Source: Heteronotia binoei (lineage: Eukaryota). Taken from it: a stretch of 64,000 nucleotides of DNA. The position numbers were made by a program, and so were the translations under genes. The notes under the pieces are model-generated. The model ran no database searches, was not told the origin of the DNA, and worked only from the letters and a program-made list of their open reading frames with translations. The stretch lies in assembly GCF_032191835.1 (NCBI RefSeq), contig NC_083229.1, positions 48,484,001-48,548,000 of the forward strand, given 5' to 3'. Positions 36,998 to 51,200 of this stretch are shown in pieces. Position 1 is the first letter of the stretch; every line of letters starts with the position of its first letter.

Positions 36998-38010
36998 GTA
37001 TGTTATCTTTTAAAAATTATTTCTTAAAATCTAATTTGTATTTAACATTATACTTTTAATAGTGCTGTCTTAAGCAGCATCACACCCATCTGAGTCCATT
37101 GAACTCAGGAAGCATAACTCAGTTTAGAATAACATGACAAACTGCTTCTTAGGTTTGGCCCATGAATGAAAAATGGTATTGGCTAGGGCATGAAAGAATG
37201 CCCCCCTCCCATGTACTCAGGGACCCAAAGTCAGATGTTTCCAGTTTCAGTATGCTGCTTGCAGAAACAAAGCAAACTCCTTGTGCTTGGGCTGGAACAG
37301 GAGCAGCAGCATTATGCAGACTCTTCTCCCTTCATAAGATGCTTCCAGCAATGGTTTTTGATTGAGAGTGTGGGATAGAGATACTTTACTAGAAGACAAA
37401 ACCCCATGAGTGTATGTGTGTGTATTTTACACAAGAGCGATTAATAGAAGTATATGGGATAGGAGACAAGGGAGAAGCAGCATAGGGGGCATTGCTGCAG
37501 CCATTGACTACTTAAAAGGTTTTGAATGAGCTCTTTCTTTCCTTGCATTTCTCAGGGCCATAGATGACATATTGACAGCATCATTAGACCTATATCTCAG
37601 AGCAGTTTGTTTTGAGTATGGCAAATCTAGCTCTAAAAATTGAATTTAAGATTGTATTGTCAGTATATTCTTATTTTATTCATAATTTGACCAATGTGGC
37701 TGCTGCTGTGACCAATATGCTGATAATGGGCTGGAATCAAATGTTTGTTGCCACTGTATAGGCCACCTCTGCTTAGGGGAGAGGTTTTCTTGCCAAGTTC
37801 TGTTACAGAACTCCAGTTCAGCCATTCCCAGAAGAAGCATTCCTGGATGCTTATGGGACTATGGGGAGATGAGCTCTTGTTCCATTGACTGAGAGTACTT
37901 TGGATCACTCAGACACACACATAAATGTTGTAAACTTTGGATAATTTTTCCCATTATTGGTATTTCCAGATGACTTCCACAGGTATAGTAATGCATGTTC
38001 TCTGTTTTAG

Positions 38011-38162
38011 GATTAGAGCAGCTGGGACAGCAGCTGTAAATATGTGTTTGGTGGCAACAGGAGGAGCAGATGCCTATTACGAGATGGGGATTCATTGCTG
38101 GGATATGGCAGGAGCTGGAGTCATTATTACAGAAGCTGGTGGAGTTCTGCTTGATGTCTCAG
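38011..38162 (+). CDS. IMPA1: IMPA1 coding exon 7
   Basis: IRAAGTAAVNMCLVATGGADAYYEMGIHCWDMAGAGVIITEAGGVLLDVS with the WD motif; 152 nt. Confidence 0.98.
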
Positions 38163-39173
38163 GTAACGTATGTGAAAAACATAAAAAAAACCAAATTGGA
38201 AAGGACACCTGGCATATCTCTTACAAACAATTAGCTAACAGCAAGATGTTGGATGCTATGCTTTGTTCCATTGGCTCAGCTGGTTCTTGGACTTACACAC
38301 GATCTCAACCCATTATAAACACTTGGTGCGCACGCACACACTATTCCCCAGCATCCACTGACACATACACAGAACAAGATTTTGGTGAGCACAACATGCT
38401 GCTTTGGGGAAAAGACAGCAGGGAAGGTTCTGTAACTGCTGATGTGCTTCTAGTTTAAAATCTAACCCAAAATATACAGTTCATTGAATATCAGGACACA
38501 TATGCATTTAACTGTGTCTTGGTTCCATTCAGTGGGGTTTGGACACATTTAATTTGTGCAGATGCTCCAGATTTGTAGTGGTTGTATGTGAAATGTTTGC
38601 TTTCCTGCGTCAGTGTACAAATGCATCTTTGCATGTTGAATATGCTCTGTCATATAATTCTTTGTGCACCACTAGTATTTCTGCGGAAATAAAAAAATAA
38701 ATTAAGGAATTCAGGCCTCCTAAAATTTTCTTCTAGCTGATGCACACGTCCTCCTTTTAAAGGACAGGCTTATCTTCAAAGGCTGTGTTTCTCTTATCAG
38801 ATATCTCTGCAAATTGCAGGGCTTCAGGTTGTAATGCTTGTTTTGAACAGAGTGATTTGAAGATTACTGCCAAAGTGCAGCTGCCTTGCTTTTCCTCATT
38901 GTGGGTTGAATCCTGTGGATCCATTCCACTTATGGTGGTGCTTTCGAGTTCAAAATTTATATCTCACTGAAACTCAAGGCAGATTTATACCATTGAAACA
39001 ATGCAAGAACAGTATGAAACCTACAGCTAGTAATTAATAAAACTGGATTACGAAATTAGAACAGTGAATTTAAAACAGTATAATGCATTAATACAACTGT
39101 GTACTACAAACAGTGCAGCAGAGCTTTAGTTGGATATAAGGCCACAAATCAATTTTTCTGTCTTCTCACCTAG

Positions 39174-39292
39174 GTGGACCATTTGATTTGATGTCAAGAA
39201 GAATAATTGCAGCAAACAGCCAAGTTTTAGCAGAGAGGATAGCCAAAGAGCTTCAGATTATCCCTTTTCAAAGGGATGATGCGTCAAATTAA
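39174..39292 (+). CDS. IMPA1: IMPA1 coding exon 8 (last)
   Basis: GPFDLMSRRIIAANSQVLAERIAKELQIIPFQRDDASN*. Exons sum to 837 nt = 278 aa plus stop. Confidence 0.97.
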
Positions 39293-41510
39293 ATGTTATC
39301 CTTTCACCCTACCTATAGCAGGTAGGTGGTTTGTGTCCACAAAAATAGCTTCCCTTGTAGAGGACACAGTTTTGCACTCGAGTAAAATAGCTGGCAAGTA
39401 TAAGTTTGGTCTGAACATTTCAAAGCCTGATACTTGAATTCCTCTTCTCTCCTCTCTCCCCACCCGCCGGACTCTACGTGCATTTTGGATTTTAACCACT
39501 GTCCATTTTAGAACATATTTAAAAATATCTCTTGAGTGTAATTGTGGTGCTGGCATGAAGTGAGGTGGATTCGATCTGCTGCATTTTTGGACATATGCAT
39601 AGCACATATGTAATTCATAATGAGTCTGTTCATTTCTGGACAATGTTCTAAAATTCAGAACTGTGGTGATAGCAATGCATGAAACTTGGACCACAGATAA
39701 TGTTCCAGGATATTGGTGGAAAGTTTTTGAAGAAGAAATTAAGTTCTGTGTAGTGGAAGGCTCAGCTATACGTTACCTCAGAAAAGAATGATCCCAACCC
39801 ATTGTTTTACTGATACAAATAGAAATTCAAGAACGAGTAATATTAGCAATATTGGCCTGTAGGTGGAGGAAGTGCTTAATCTCTCTTGCCCAGAAATTCA
39901 CCCTTTTGCTTCTTCATAGTGTCTTAGCAGTGTTTACTCAGCTACTGTGAAGAAGCAAAACAACAAAAAGATAAATGCTGTAAATGAAACCAATCCTTCA
40001 CACAATTACTCCAATTTAAGTCTGCTTTCATTTGTCTTGAACTGGAGGATCACACAATCAGACAGTTTATCAGAAGCTCCCTCCCCATTTATTTCTAATA
40101 TGAAAAAGGCAACAAATTAATGGGGTAGATATGATTTTTTTTGTTCCAGAATCTGATCATCCTTCCTGTGGAACAGGAAGCTTGAGTCATTCTGATATGG
40201 TTCACTAATGGTTGTGCTTTCCTCTGGTGCAAGGAGCCTTCCACATCAGCCTTCTCTTGTATCAACAGAAGGCTTCTTGTATAGAGGGTATTTCTTGTAA
40301 ATCTTTTGTAACAGATACAGGGTTGGAGTTCCAGAGTGTTTACATGGACCAAAGGATTTCTACCCACAGAAATTCTCACCTCCCACTTGAGCATGCTGCT
40401 TCTGGGGCTGCTCCATCGCCAAGAAACAGCATTTGAGGATGCTGGGAGAGGGGGAATCATTCTCTGTGGGTAGAAATCCTTCCCACAGAAATGTTCTGGT
40501 GGATCCAAGTTGCTATGGACCCATATATGGGCTAAAGCTATGAAGTGAGGTCAGGCCATGAAGGACTCCTATATTTTGTTTAAGGTACCACAACAGTTGG
40601 GTGTGTGTTTGTATTCTAGGCATATACTGTACATGGATATCTTATTTGGTGTACAGTGATTGTTGAATTATACGTTAGAGGAGTGACTGAAGAATGTTTT
40701 GCACTATTCAGTAAAATTGAGTTGAATCATACATATTTAGATTGGTGTAACTTAATCTTTGCCATCAGTGTTTTCAGTGTCCCACCTGCAGCCATACCTT
40801 TGTCATAAACCAGTTTGTGTTAGTATGATTCCTCTGAGGACAGCAATTGCATATTCTGTACTTTGTGTACTAGTCTGCTGGCCTTTGTGTTGGATCCTCT
40901 ATTACATTTCAGGCTCAGCCATAGCAATGTCATCATTGTAAACCTACACTCTCCTCTAAAGATTATAATGAGATGTTGAATTAAATGGTAACCAATAAGG
41001 TTAATCTTTAAAGCTTCATTTATTTAAAATTACATGGATGTATAAATTAGTCAATATAAAGTTAAACTGTTCATTGTCCATGGCTAAGTTTCTTACTATG
41101 TTAACTTTAGTACTGGATGTACCCTTGGAGATGAGTAATGGTGGAAGTCCAGTGGCTCAGTTCTATGAACCTCTTTGGTGACGGTGGGTATCCCACAAGG
41201 TCTGGGGTGTAGGGCCTTTAACAACAGTGCCAGGAGATATCTGTATGAAGTGCCAAAAACCACAGAGCCCATTCAAAATGTTAATCAAATTGTCTCCAGA
41301 TACTACTTGTGCCTCATCAGCATTCAGGATTTTACTTTTTCCAAAGTGTCAGAGTAATTCCTGGGTATATCAGGACAAATAGATGACTTCTTGGTTCCTG
41401 TATGAAGCTGTAGGTTAGGGTGGGGACGGAGAGGGCGGGGAGATCCAATGTGTGGCAGATTTGTCCTGTAAAATGAAAACTGTTTGGAAATGTTCTAAGT
41501 GTGCACTTAA

Positions 41511-41516
41511 AATAAA
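41511..41516 (+). terminator. Candidate IMPA1 poly(A) signal
   Basis: First canonical AATAAA I found after the stop codon (~2.2 kb downstream); an ATTAAA variant occurs near 40980. Confidence 0.4.
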
Positions 41517-43241
41517 GATTACCTTCAGACTATTGGCCTTGAGATAGCATGAATATTTTTTGGCAGTCAAGTAGTATGTGTGTAAAACTTCAAAAACAAA
41601 AGTTAGCAGTCCATGAATATCAGGTTCTTTGTAAAAAAAAAACACATACATCACAACTGCAACAGTTTTATAAGGGTCAGTAGTGGTGCAGTGGTTAGAT
41701 TATGTGTGGTGTAGTGGTTAGATGATCTATTCCCAGTTGTTTTATCTCTTATTGGATGATCTGGGCCCATCACTCTCTCATGCAGTGAAACCTACATATC
41801 TGAGGGAGGGAAACATGGACACTGTGGCCTCCTTGGAGCAATGGGAGATAAAAATGTACTATAAACTGTTGACACTGTACACCCAGTACTAGCAGCCTGC
41901 CATCTACTTCCCCTGTAATGTAACCAGGCAGACTATACCTCTTTACTGAGGGTTTGTTTGGAAACAAGCACCCTTCATTTAATAGCACCCCAGGAGTTCA
42001 TATTCCAGGCATTTGAAACAAAATGCGCCCAAGATGGATGCCAAGATTGGCAGGCCTTAAAGACATGTCTAGGCAAGGGACTCTGGGAAGATGTAAGCTC
42101 CTGGTCTGACCAAGGTGCCAGTTTAATCCTCCCTTCATTCCAAGGTGTGCATCAGCTAAAAGTGAACTCGCCTCACTCCAAAGCTAGCATGCTATTTACC
42201 TAAGATTGTTAATCCTATTGGCCTCCTACCATTCCTCTTACCCACACTTTTCCTTACAAAAGAATCCTAACAGAAAAGTTTTCCCCTCTAAAACAACAAG
42301 AGTTTTGGTTAGGCTAAGTAGACAGTCATTAACACTCCAAACCACCAGAGGAAGCAATCAGAGTTTCAACTCAAACATTGTTTTGCATTAGGAAATCCTC
42401 TCAAACATCTCTTTTGTTCATTCCTGAGAATGCTATGTAGTCATTCACAGACACTCCAACTAATCTTATCAGAAGCACGTTAACACTTTAGATTACACCC
42501 ATCTCAACTCCCATGCAAACTGTCACACGTTTTCCAGGTCTTTGTTTTTCCTGAGTATTATTTTGAGGCATAAATGTCAGTCTGCCTCAGGACACATTTT
42601 TCTTATAAAAATAGCACCCAGAGCTCAGTCTTTCTCTGTTTTCCTGGATCTGGACTGCACACCCAAGATGCTGGATGTCTTGCTCTTCTCTCTAGACCCG
42701 AGACCTCTTCTGGCTAGATATTCTCCAAAACCCCTAATATATTCCCTCTCGCTCTCACCCCTATTTTTCTGCTAGCTTGTGTGTTTGATTCCAGTGTGCA
42801 TTTGTCCTCTGTATACTTGCATTATTTTATTATTTCCTCTCTCAATAAAACAACTTTTCTTGGTTAAACAACAGACTGGTTAGTTCTAAGAGTTCTCAAA
42901 GAGAAAAATCCCCATAAAACATAGGTGGAGAATCTTGCTAGTTACGTCTCTCTTGGAAGCTTGTCTCTTGCTAATTCCCCACAAAATAAGGGGCAGCCCA
43001 ATTTTACCAAATAATAGCATCTGAGGTAACAATAACAGGCAAATGAGTTGTGTCCCACCCAGTATACTGTCCAGTGCAGAGTGTTGGATTGGGGAGACCT
43101 GGATTCAGATCCCCATTAAGCCCAGTTCAATAACCTATCTTAACAAGGTTGTTGCAAGGCTCATATGGAGAAAAGGAGAAGCTCTCTGACAGGAGTGGCC
43201 AAACTTGCTTAACATAAGAGCCACAGAGAATAAATGGCAGA

Positions 43242-43619
43242 AGTTCGAAAAAATACCAGAGAAATGGGATTGGATTGTGAAAGTTTTATCATGGAGTGAG
43301 ATGGATAAATTAACAAGAACTTTAAGAGACTATGATTTGGAAGTGTTTAAAAGGGAATGGAAGAAATTTAGAGGATATATAGAAAAAGAGTGGAATTTGA
43401 AAGGACATTGGGCAATTTTTTAACAATGAATTTAAGAAAAGGGAGAAATTGAACCTTGATGGGTTAAGGGTACCTTTATAAGTGAACTTAAGTATATAAC
43501 ATCGGCGGAAGTCTAGTAAAGGAGGGAGGGGGGATTAGAAAAATATCATATGGGTTAGGGATAGTAATGATATAATTAGATATTGTTACCATATGTTATT
43601 AATAAATTGTTTTAAAACC
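43242..43619 (+). mobile_element. 5'-truncated L1-like LINE 3' end
   Basis: Encodes a Trp-rich ORF2-like C-terminus (EKWDWIVKVLSWSEMDKLT...EWKKF). 16-bp TSD GAGAATAAATGGCAGA at 43226-43241 and 43620-43635. Confidence 0.75.
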
Positions 43620-43829
43620 GAGAATAAATGGCAGATGTTTGAGAGCCACAAGACATGAACAAATATTACACATCTTTCTTAAAAGTCTTAATGCTTTCTT
43701 TGTGCAGAAAGATTAAATACATATGTGTGCACTTGACAACGCAGCCATGCTAGAAGCAGACTTTTTAAAAAAAAAAAACTGGGAATAACAGTCCTCATGA
43801 GACCAGCATAGGGAACAGTTTAAAAAAGG

Positions 43830-43965
43830 TAAAGGTAGTCCCCTATGTAACAGTCCCCTATGAAACCAGTTGTTTCCGACTCTGGGCTGACATTGCATCA
43901 TGATGTTTTCTTGGCAGACTTTTTACGAGGTGGTTTGCCATTGCCTTCCCCAGTCATTAGGGAAT
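43830..43965 (-). mobile_element. Sauria SINE 3' fragment
   Basis: CCAGTTGTTTCCGACTCTGGG...GGTTTGCCATTGCCTTCCCCAGTCA, as in the 17658 copy. Confidence 0.75.
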
Positions 43966-44589
43966 TATTTTTGGTGCCATTGGGGGAAGGAAACACACGT
44001 ACCATATAAATCACTATCATGCATCTCTCTTTGCCTTGACATCAAGGTTAGTAAATACAGCTCCTACAAGAGCTATGAAACTAAGGCAGAACCCAGCACT
44101 GCCCTTTTTAATTCTGCCCCTCATTCCAGTGGCTCCCTCAGCTCTTGAGCTCTTTTCCTGTTCTAGGTCTCTGAGTGACCTCTGTGGTAGAGGCGAAGAG
44201 TTTGCAAACCTGCCTATTTCCCCCTCCTTCACACATGGTGGAAATATTTGCCTACCTATTGGTCAGCACCCAGAGGCTGACTGAGGTCCTAATGCAAAGC
44301 AAGCTTACTTGAGAGTAAGCCGTCATTCAATCAATCTAGTCTATTATGGTCAAAAGATGAGCAAGAATAAAAACAGGACAGTTTTTAAAATTGATACATA
44401 GAAAGTAGAATCACATTAAAAGGAGATTACTTTAGCATTTCCTTAGAGTTAATCAGATAAGTATTTGGAGTCTTGATAATATTCACAGTATAAGAATATA
44501 TGTGTAATAGACTCAACCAGTGTAGCCGCCCTGAGACACTTCAGTGAGAAGGGCGGGATATAAGTCTAAATATAGATAAATAAATAAAC

Positions 44590-44885
44590 CACATTACTCA
44601 AACAAGAATAGCGGCGCTGCTGAATAGGCAGGTGAGAAAATCTACCATGTAAAACAGCGGAGGGAAATGCATTGAATTGTGCTCTTGAGAAGCCCATCTG
44701 TATCTCCCATAAGTGATATCCAAAATGTATGAGGGTACTGTGTAGCTCAGTCCTTTTTTCAAGCTCCTGTAACTTAAGAGGAAGTATTGTCTCCTCGTTT
44801 TGGGACTCTGTATCAGTTAATCTTTGAGTGATTAGAGCTTTTGGTAAGCCTGTTATTAAGTTCCTCCTTGACCTCCAGGAGCCAC
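44590..44885 (-). mobile_element. LINE fragment related to the 22328-23469 element
   Basis: Minus-strand RAQFNAFPSAVLHGRF resembles RMNAFPSNVLYGRV at 22479-22724. Confidence 0.65.
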
Positions 44886-47224
44886 ACAATATTGTGAAAG
44901 AGCCACAGTTTGGCCACCCCTGTTCTCTGACCTCCTAGGAGGAGAGACAGGAGAAAAATGTTATAGGAATCCTTATGTCTTTTTGACCCCAAGGGAAATT
45001 TGTGCTGGAGAAGACTCTACTGAAATTAAATTAGTTTAATACCACAGTGAAGAAAAGGATCATAAAATAGGGAATGTGAGTGAATTTGCTGGGGAAGAGG
45101 GCACATCTGTGCTTGTGTGAATCACATTTTAAAAAAAAAAGCTGTACTGTAAGGTGTAGATGTTACCTCAAAGCCACTAGAGGGGCTCAGTTCACTGCAC
45201 TGAAAAGCAACAGTGAGCGTATCCTTATACTTTTGAGCTGAGCTCTATATATGGATGTGTCTCTGTTATATTTATAAAACAGAAAAATGTAACTTGCAAA
45301 TTTATTTCCTTGAGTCTTCTGCTGTAGAAATTACAAGGAATTAAAGGCTTTCTTTCTGCAGTCTTGACAAAGAGCATTCGTTGTTGCTCTTTCTATAAGC
45401 CATCTAAGGTGCTTTAGAAATGATGTTATCAGTACATTAAAGAAGTATGCCATGAATCCAAGGATACCCTCTTACCCAGCAGGCTGTAAGACACACATAC
45501 ACAAGTAAAGTGGTGTTCCTGTCTGCAGCTATCAAAATCTGCAGATTAGGGCCATGCTGACACTGAACAAATTTGCAGATTTAGGGGACCTCCCCAGTTT
45601 TGCAAAAGAATCTGAAATTAAAAAAAACTACACTGGGGAGTTTAAACTTCACCAAAAATAAAAGAGCTTTGTACATGCACAGACAACATGCATACCACCT
45701 CCATGCATTTTTGGCAATGGGCATGGCTGAGAGCTACAGCAGTCCCGTGACAGTAGCATAGATGGTGGGAGGAGTGTGCTGGATGCAGATGGTGGGGACA
45801 GAATCCTTTGCTCCTGCTCACCCATTTCAGCACTGCTTCTCCCTGAAGTCTGGTCAGTTAGAAGCTGTAAGTAAAGTTTGCTTGTGGCAATGGAGTAGAA
45901 CCAGTCTGCTCAGGCACCTAAAGGCTTTTAATAGCCTGGAGAAGAAAATCAACATCCCCCTTAAACTAGTCCAGACTAGCCACATACGCACATCCCAGTG
46001 AATGTACGAACAATCCAGGTACAGTACACACTATTTTTCTTGATTCTTAAGCAATATGTAATACATGTACAACTGAACAGTGTAAGTTAAACTCCAAGTA
46101 CTGGTTCCCATTTTTATTTCTAAAGTGTATGCACATTGGAACTTTGTTACACAGAGATGTAAGTGCAGCATGTGTGTGAGTTCACTGTAACATGAATGTG
46201 GTTCACACAAGCATTTAAGAACTCTGCTTAAAAATTACAATATCAATTGCAGATTAAGATTGAAGGTCAATGTTTCCTATAATCCAGACTAATAATAGAC
46301 TACATTTTTCACACTGCAGAATACCTGGAAGCTTAAAGGATTCTGGACTTGGACAGATGTGCAAACTGGTAGGAGATGTTCTGGTCCAAGGAGAGGAAGA
46401 TGAAGAGTACTTCAGTTTTCCCGCAAGGACACCGTTCAGGTGTGGGGCTACACAAGCACCAAGCTTCAAACTTGAGCAGCCGGAGCTATGAGGCTGTTGA
46501 ACTTTGGCCTGCAGAATTTGTGGTTAGGGCTAGGTGGCAGGTGCTGCCTCAGCAGCTGCCATATGCTATTGTGTGGGGGGCAAGAAGAATCTCCCAGTTG
46601 CTCTCCCCATGATTCATAAGCCTTCAGAACAAGATGATAGCAAAACTGGAGGTCAAATGTTTATCGGTAGAGCCACAAGGTAGACACAATCACCTCTTAA
46701 GAACTTTTAGTATCTTTCTGAAAGGGGCTGGGATTGAGGCTTTCTCAGCCTTGCAATTCATTATGGGACCCCACACACACACGTCTGACCTAATCCAGGA
46801 GCTTCATTTGTAGTTATTTGGTTTCTGAACCAACATTTAATTAAAAAAAAAACTATGGAGGAAGCCAGAAGTTAGAATAAGGATTGCCTTTGCTCCTACT
46901 GTTAAATCACATTATCAACCGTAACTCATCCACACACGTGATATTAAAGTTCCAAACAGGGCTAAAGGTGCAAGGTCTAGCCTGAAGAATGGAAATGTCA
47001 CTCCAGTGAGATGCTTCTAATAACACAAGTTTCCTTATCTAGCTGAGACAAAAAGTTCCATCCACATGCACTTACGGTGACGTGGAAGCTGATTTTCTGT
47101 GGTACAATTTCATACTGAATGGTGACAGAAAGTGCTGTCAAGTTGCAGCCAATGTATGTCAGCCCTGTATGTTTTCTAAGGCAAGAGATGAACAGATGTG
47201 GTTTGCTATTTCCTGCCTCTGTGT

Positions 47225-47320
47225 AATAATCCTGGACTTTCTTAGTGTTCTCTCATCCAAGTACTAACAAGGCAGACTCTTGACGAGATCCGGAAAGCCT
47301 GGGCCATTATGGTCAGGGCA
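47225..47320 (-). mobile_element. Degenerate 5S-derived SINE head
   Basis: CTCTCATCCAAGTACTAAC...GACGAGATCCGG resembles reverse-complemented 5S rRNA with an internal deletion. Confidence 0.55.
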
Positions 47321-47398
47321 TATATGTGAATAGCAGAACTATCCCAGCAGATCCAGTCACATAGATCTTTCTCACTTGATTGTTGCTTGGCCAGAAGA

Positions 47399-48270
47399 CA
47401 GAATCATAGAGTTGGAAGGGATCTCCAGGATCATCTAGTCCAACCCCCTGCACATTCACAAATACCTCCCCCCGCATACACCCAATTACCCCTGTTCTAT
47501 GCCCAGAAGATGGCAAAAACCTTCCAAGTTCCCTGGCCAAGCTGGCCTGCAGAAAAATTGCTTCCTGACCCCAAAGTGACAATCAGTGGGTGTGTAAGAA
47601 ATGGTCATGAGAACTAAACACTGATGCAATCCTTCCTGCCCTCCCTCTCATGATCTGCCTAAGTTCAAAGAATCAGCATTGTGTCAGAGGCCATCTAGCC
47701 TCTATTGAAAGACCTCCAAGGAAGGAGAGCCCACCACTGCCCAGAGCAGCCTGTTCCACTAAGATGCCACTCTGTCAGAAAGTTCTTCCTAATGTTTAGC
47801 TGAAAACTTGATTTAATTTTGATCTGTTGGTTCTGGGGCAACAGAAAACATCTCCGCACCATCCTCTATATGACACCCCTTCAAGTACTTGAAGATGGTT
47901 ATATCACCTTTCAATTGTCTCGTCTCCAGGCTAAACATGCCCAGTTCCTTCAACCTTTCCTCATGGTACTTGGTCTCCAGACCCCTGGCCATCTTCATTA
48001 CCCTCCTCTGGACACTCCCAGCATGTTTGTTGTTTGCTTGATTAGATTTATATCCCGACCTCCCCTTAATGGGCTCAAGGCAGCTATATTCTTACATTGT
48101 GGTGCCCAAAACTGAACACAATACTCTAGGTGAGGATTAACCAGAGCAGAGTAAAGTGATACCATCACTACATGTGACCTGGACACTATAATTCTGTTGA
48201 TACAGCCCAAAATTGCATTCGCCTTTCTAGCTACCACATCACACTGCTAACTCATGTTCAGTATATGGTC
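47399..48270 (-). mobile_element. CR1 LINE 3' fragment
   Basis: AGAATCATAGAGTTGGAAGGGA end. Minus-strand translations [18 protein letters not shown] and YEERLKELGMFSLE are CR1 ORF2 C-terminal motifs. Confidence 0.9.
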
Positions 48271-51200
48271 CACTAAGACCCCTAGATGGTTATGTGGGAA
48301 AGACATACATGATCATCCATGTAAAGTAGCACAGTGGTAAGATGGTTAGAGCAGGTTCCTAAATGAAGATTTTTCTCTGGTTTCCTGGAGTAGGCTTAAG
48401 AAAAGAGTGGCTTGAATCTAGAACAGCGTTTCAATGGGGAGATTTCACAGACAAACTAAAGTCTAATTGTGGACAGGATATTTGTGTAGTTTGCCTCTTG
48501 TACACAAAACAAGCAGCTCTCCTACAAGTTTCACAAAATCTCACAATTTTATCTTTTGTTACATTAAAAGCCACTTTTTAATCTTGCGAAAATCTCAGTG
48601 AAGGCCCAGGTAAACTGTCACAAGAGGCATGATTTCGAGTATTCTAAATTGATCAGAGGGATCAAATTGTGATTTCTTTTATATCTGCTTTACGGATAGC
48701 AGCTCCCAGCCAAGGCAGCTGACATTCATCATTTTAATCCTGCTGTACTTGGTACTGTGAGTACCACCTCCTGCCTCTCATTTAGTGAAGAGATTAGTCA
48801 CTCAAAAACCTTAGAGATAAATCCAAAAGAAGTACTATGTATTCAGTCTACTTAATTAGCTGATTCCATCTACACTAAGTTGCCACTGGCATATACATAG
48901 ACAGTACACATTATTAATTATTCTTCATATCACCAGCATCTAATATTTAACCCTAACTTTTTAATGAACACTTAAAAAGTCAGAAATAAGTCAGATGAAG
49001 AGAGCTGATTATTTTAAATGCACACGCTGCTGAAAGGAACTCCAGCTGCTAAGTGAAACAATTTTGGGGTCAAAAGAATTCTATCTTAACTGCAGCTGGA
49101 GATTGTATGAAGTAGAGTTGTGATGGCCTGGAAAAAGAACGATCTTTTCCCATTCTTTCCAAGGATTGTCTCCCCCCCCCCCCCCGCCCCATTTCCTGGC
49201 AGGTGTAAATCAGAAGTGCGGGCACAGGGATCCAAGCAACTTCTACCCTGTGCAGAGTCACTCTACTCTCATTTCAATGGGCTTAGGGCACAGCTACACA
49301 ATATACCCATGTGTGTAGGGTCACAGGAAAACCAGAAGCCTCTTCTTCCCACTCACAGCACTCCCTTGCAGCACTGACCAAACAAAGTCTTCTCCCTCAG
49401 TGTATGTCTGATCGGCTAGTCCAGTTGCACACCCATGAGACCCAAAATATGTCTGGTATATTATTAATTTGGCCCTTAGACTGGAGTCAGACTGCATAAG
49501 ATTGGATTTATACACAGAATTTTAAAAGATGAGTCATCTCAATATCTGCACTCATTCTGATGTTCCTCCAAAATGTACAGTCTACTAATATTCCAAGGAT
49601 TTTCATATAGGTTTTCTTTTCAAATTTCCACATCTGTGCCAAAACGCTTCCTTTTTATGCATCTAGAAGGTCACTTACTCTCTTCTAAGCCAATTAACTT
49701 CAATGCATTTAGAGGGGTGTAAACCAGAGTTGCTAAATTTGCTTTATGAAATTCCTGGAGATTTGGGGTGTTGACCCATATGTGGGTCCCCATAAGCCAC
49801 CACCCCTCTAACTGGCCAGCAATGCTCAGACCTGTGGGTCCCTGAAGCTGCATGCACCAAGAAACCAGACCTTTTCTTTAGAAACAGAAAAAGGATTGTT
49901 AAAAAACAAAAAGGAAGAGAATACCATTAGGCAAAACAGCTTGCTTGAGTAAATAGCACAAAACCAATAAAAGCTGACTTTTTGCTCTACCACAGGGGTG
50001 AGGAATGTCAGGCCTGAGAAGGGCCTGACATTCCTCGAGATCACTTGGTCTGTCCCTCAGGGATTGCTGGGCCTCTCTCTTTCGTGGGCATTGTGAAGGA
50101 TTGCTGCTGGGGTATATAGGTGCCTTTAAAGGTCTGCTGGGAGCAGCTGAAGAGAGGGAGGGGTGCAGGTGGGAGCCAGCTACCACCATTTCAATCTCCA
50201 CATGATTATCCCAGATGGTGTGGCCTAATATGCTAATATTAGGGGATGTGATCTAATATGCCTGGACCTAGGCATTTGCCTAGGGCGGCAAGCCAGTGTG
50301 TGTGTGCTGAATTAGGCTCTCCCCATGTGAAAAACAATTATTTGCATTAATTTTGCCGGCCTTAATTGTTCTCCCTCAGCAGAGCACTGTTTTTTTAAGT
50401 TGATAATTTTGTATGACCCACAAATGATGTTATAAATATCCAAATGGCCCTTGGCAGAAAAAAGGTTCCCCACCCCTGGTCTAGCACATTGATACCTGGC
50501 ATTAGATGGCATGGTCAAAATTAATACAATTCACCAGAGTCCACTCCATACCTCTGTCCTATCAAGTCAGCAATCATCTTTCCTTAATCTCGAGCCGTAC
50601 TCATGGAACATAGTAGCTATGCTATGACAACTTCAACACTAAATACTAAAATGCCATGGCAGCTGTTCCTTACACTATGCAAACTGTTCCTTTCTATATC
50701 TTGGCTTCTTCAACAGTATGTGGCTTGCAGTTAAGGCTATTTCTGCCATTAGGGATGTGCACAAACTAGCTCATAATCTAAAGTCTGTGATGAATTTTGG
50801 CCAGTTCATGTTTGGTGAAATGAAGTTTGTGACAGGTCAACCAGCACAAACCTTCCACAAACTTTCAAGAGGTTGTTGTTGGCGTGTGAATCTCCACTCA
50901 AACTGTCTTTGCTCAGTCCAAATGTTCACCATTCTATACACTTTTGAACCTGAACCTGACATCTCCCTCAAAAGCACCTTGCTGGAAGCATCTCCTTTGG
51001 GGGCCATAACGCAGACCCCCTAAGTCCAATCTGCACATAACTTTGAGGGCATGTAGAGGAGCACTGGGGAGGTTTCTTGCAGGTTTAATGTCCCTAGTTT
51101 GCAAAGGGATGTTTCTATACACTCCTGAACCTGCGCCAGTCATTTCTCCAGAAATGACTTTCTGGGGGCACTTTCTTTGGAGGGTTGTAACTCGCACCTG

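Larger units (their letters stand above)
43190..44922. mobile_element. hAT non-autonomous element expanded by nested insertions
   Basis: TIRs CAGGAGTGGCCAAAC/GTTTGGCCACCCCTG with 8-bp TSD CTCTCTGA/TTCTCTGA (7/8). Contains an L1-like 3' end, a Sauria SINE fragment and a LINE fragment. Confidence 0.8.

Noticed and set aside
37937-38458. 173-aa ORF
   Set aside because: IMPA1 coding exon 7 plus open intronic flanks.
46270-46612. ORFs following a plausible acceptor (TTTTTCACACTGCAG) in the IMPA1-FABP interval
   Set aside because: No homology recognised and no partner exons; cannot be supported without RNA data.
50000-50036. Perfect 15-bp stem with a 7-nt loop
   Set aside because: Adjacent to a CAGGGGTG hAT-type end, so likely a collapsed MITE or template-switch product; intrinsic terminators are not relevant in a vertebrate.
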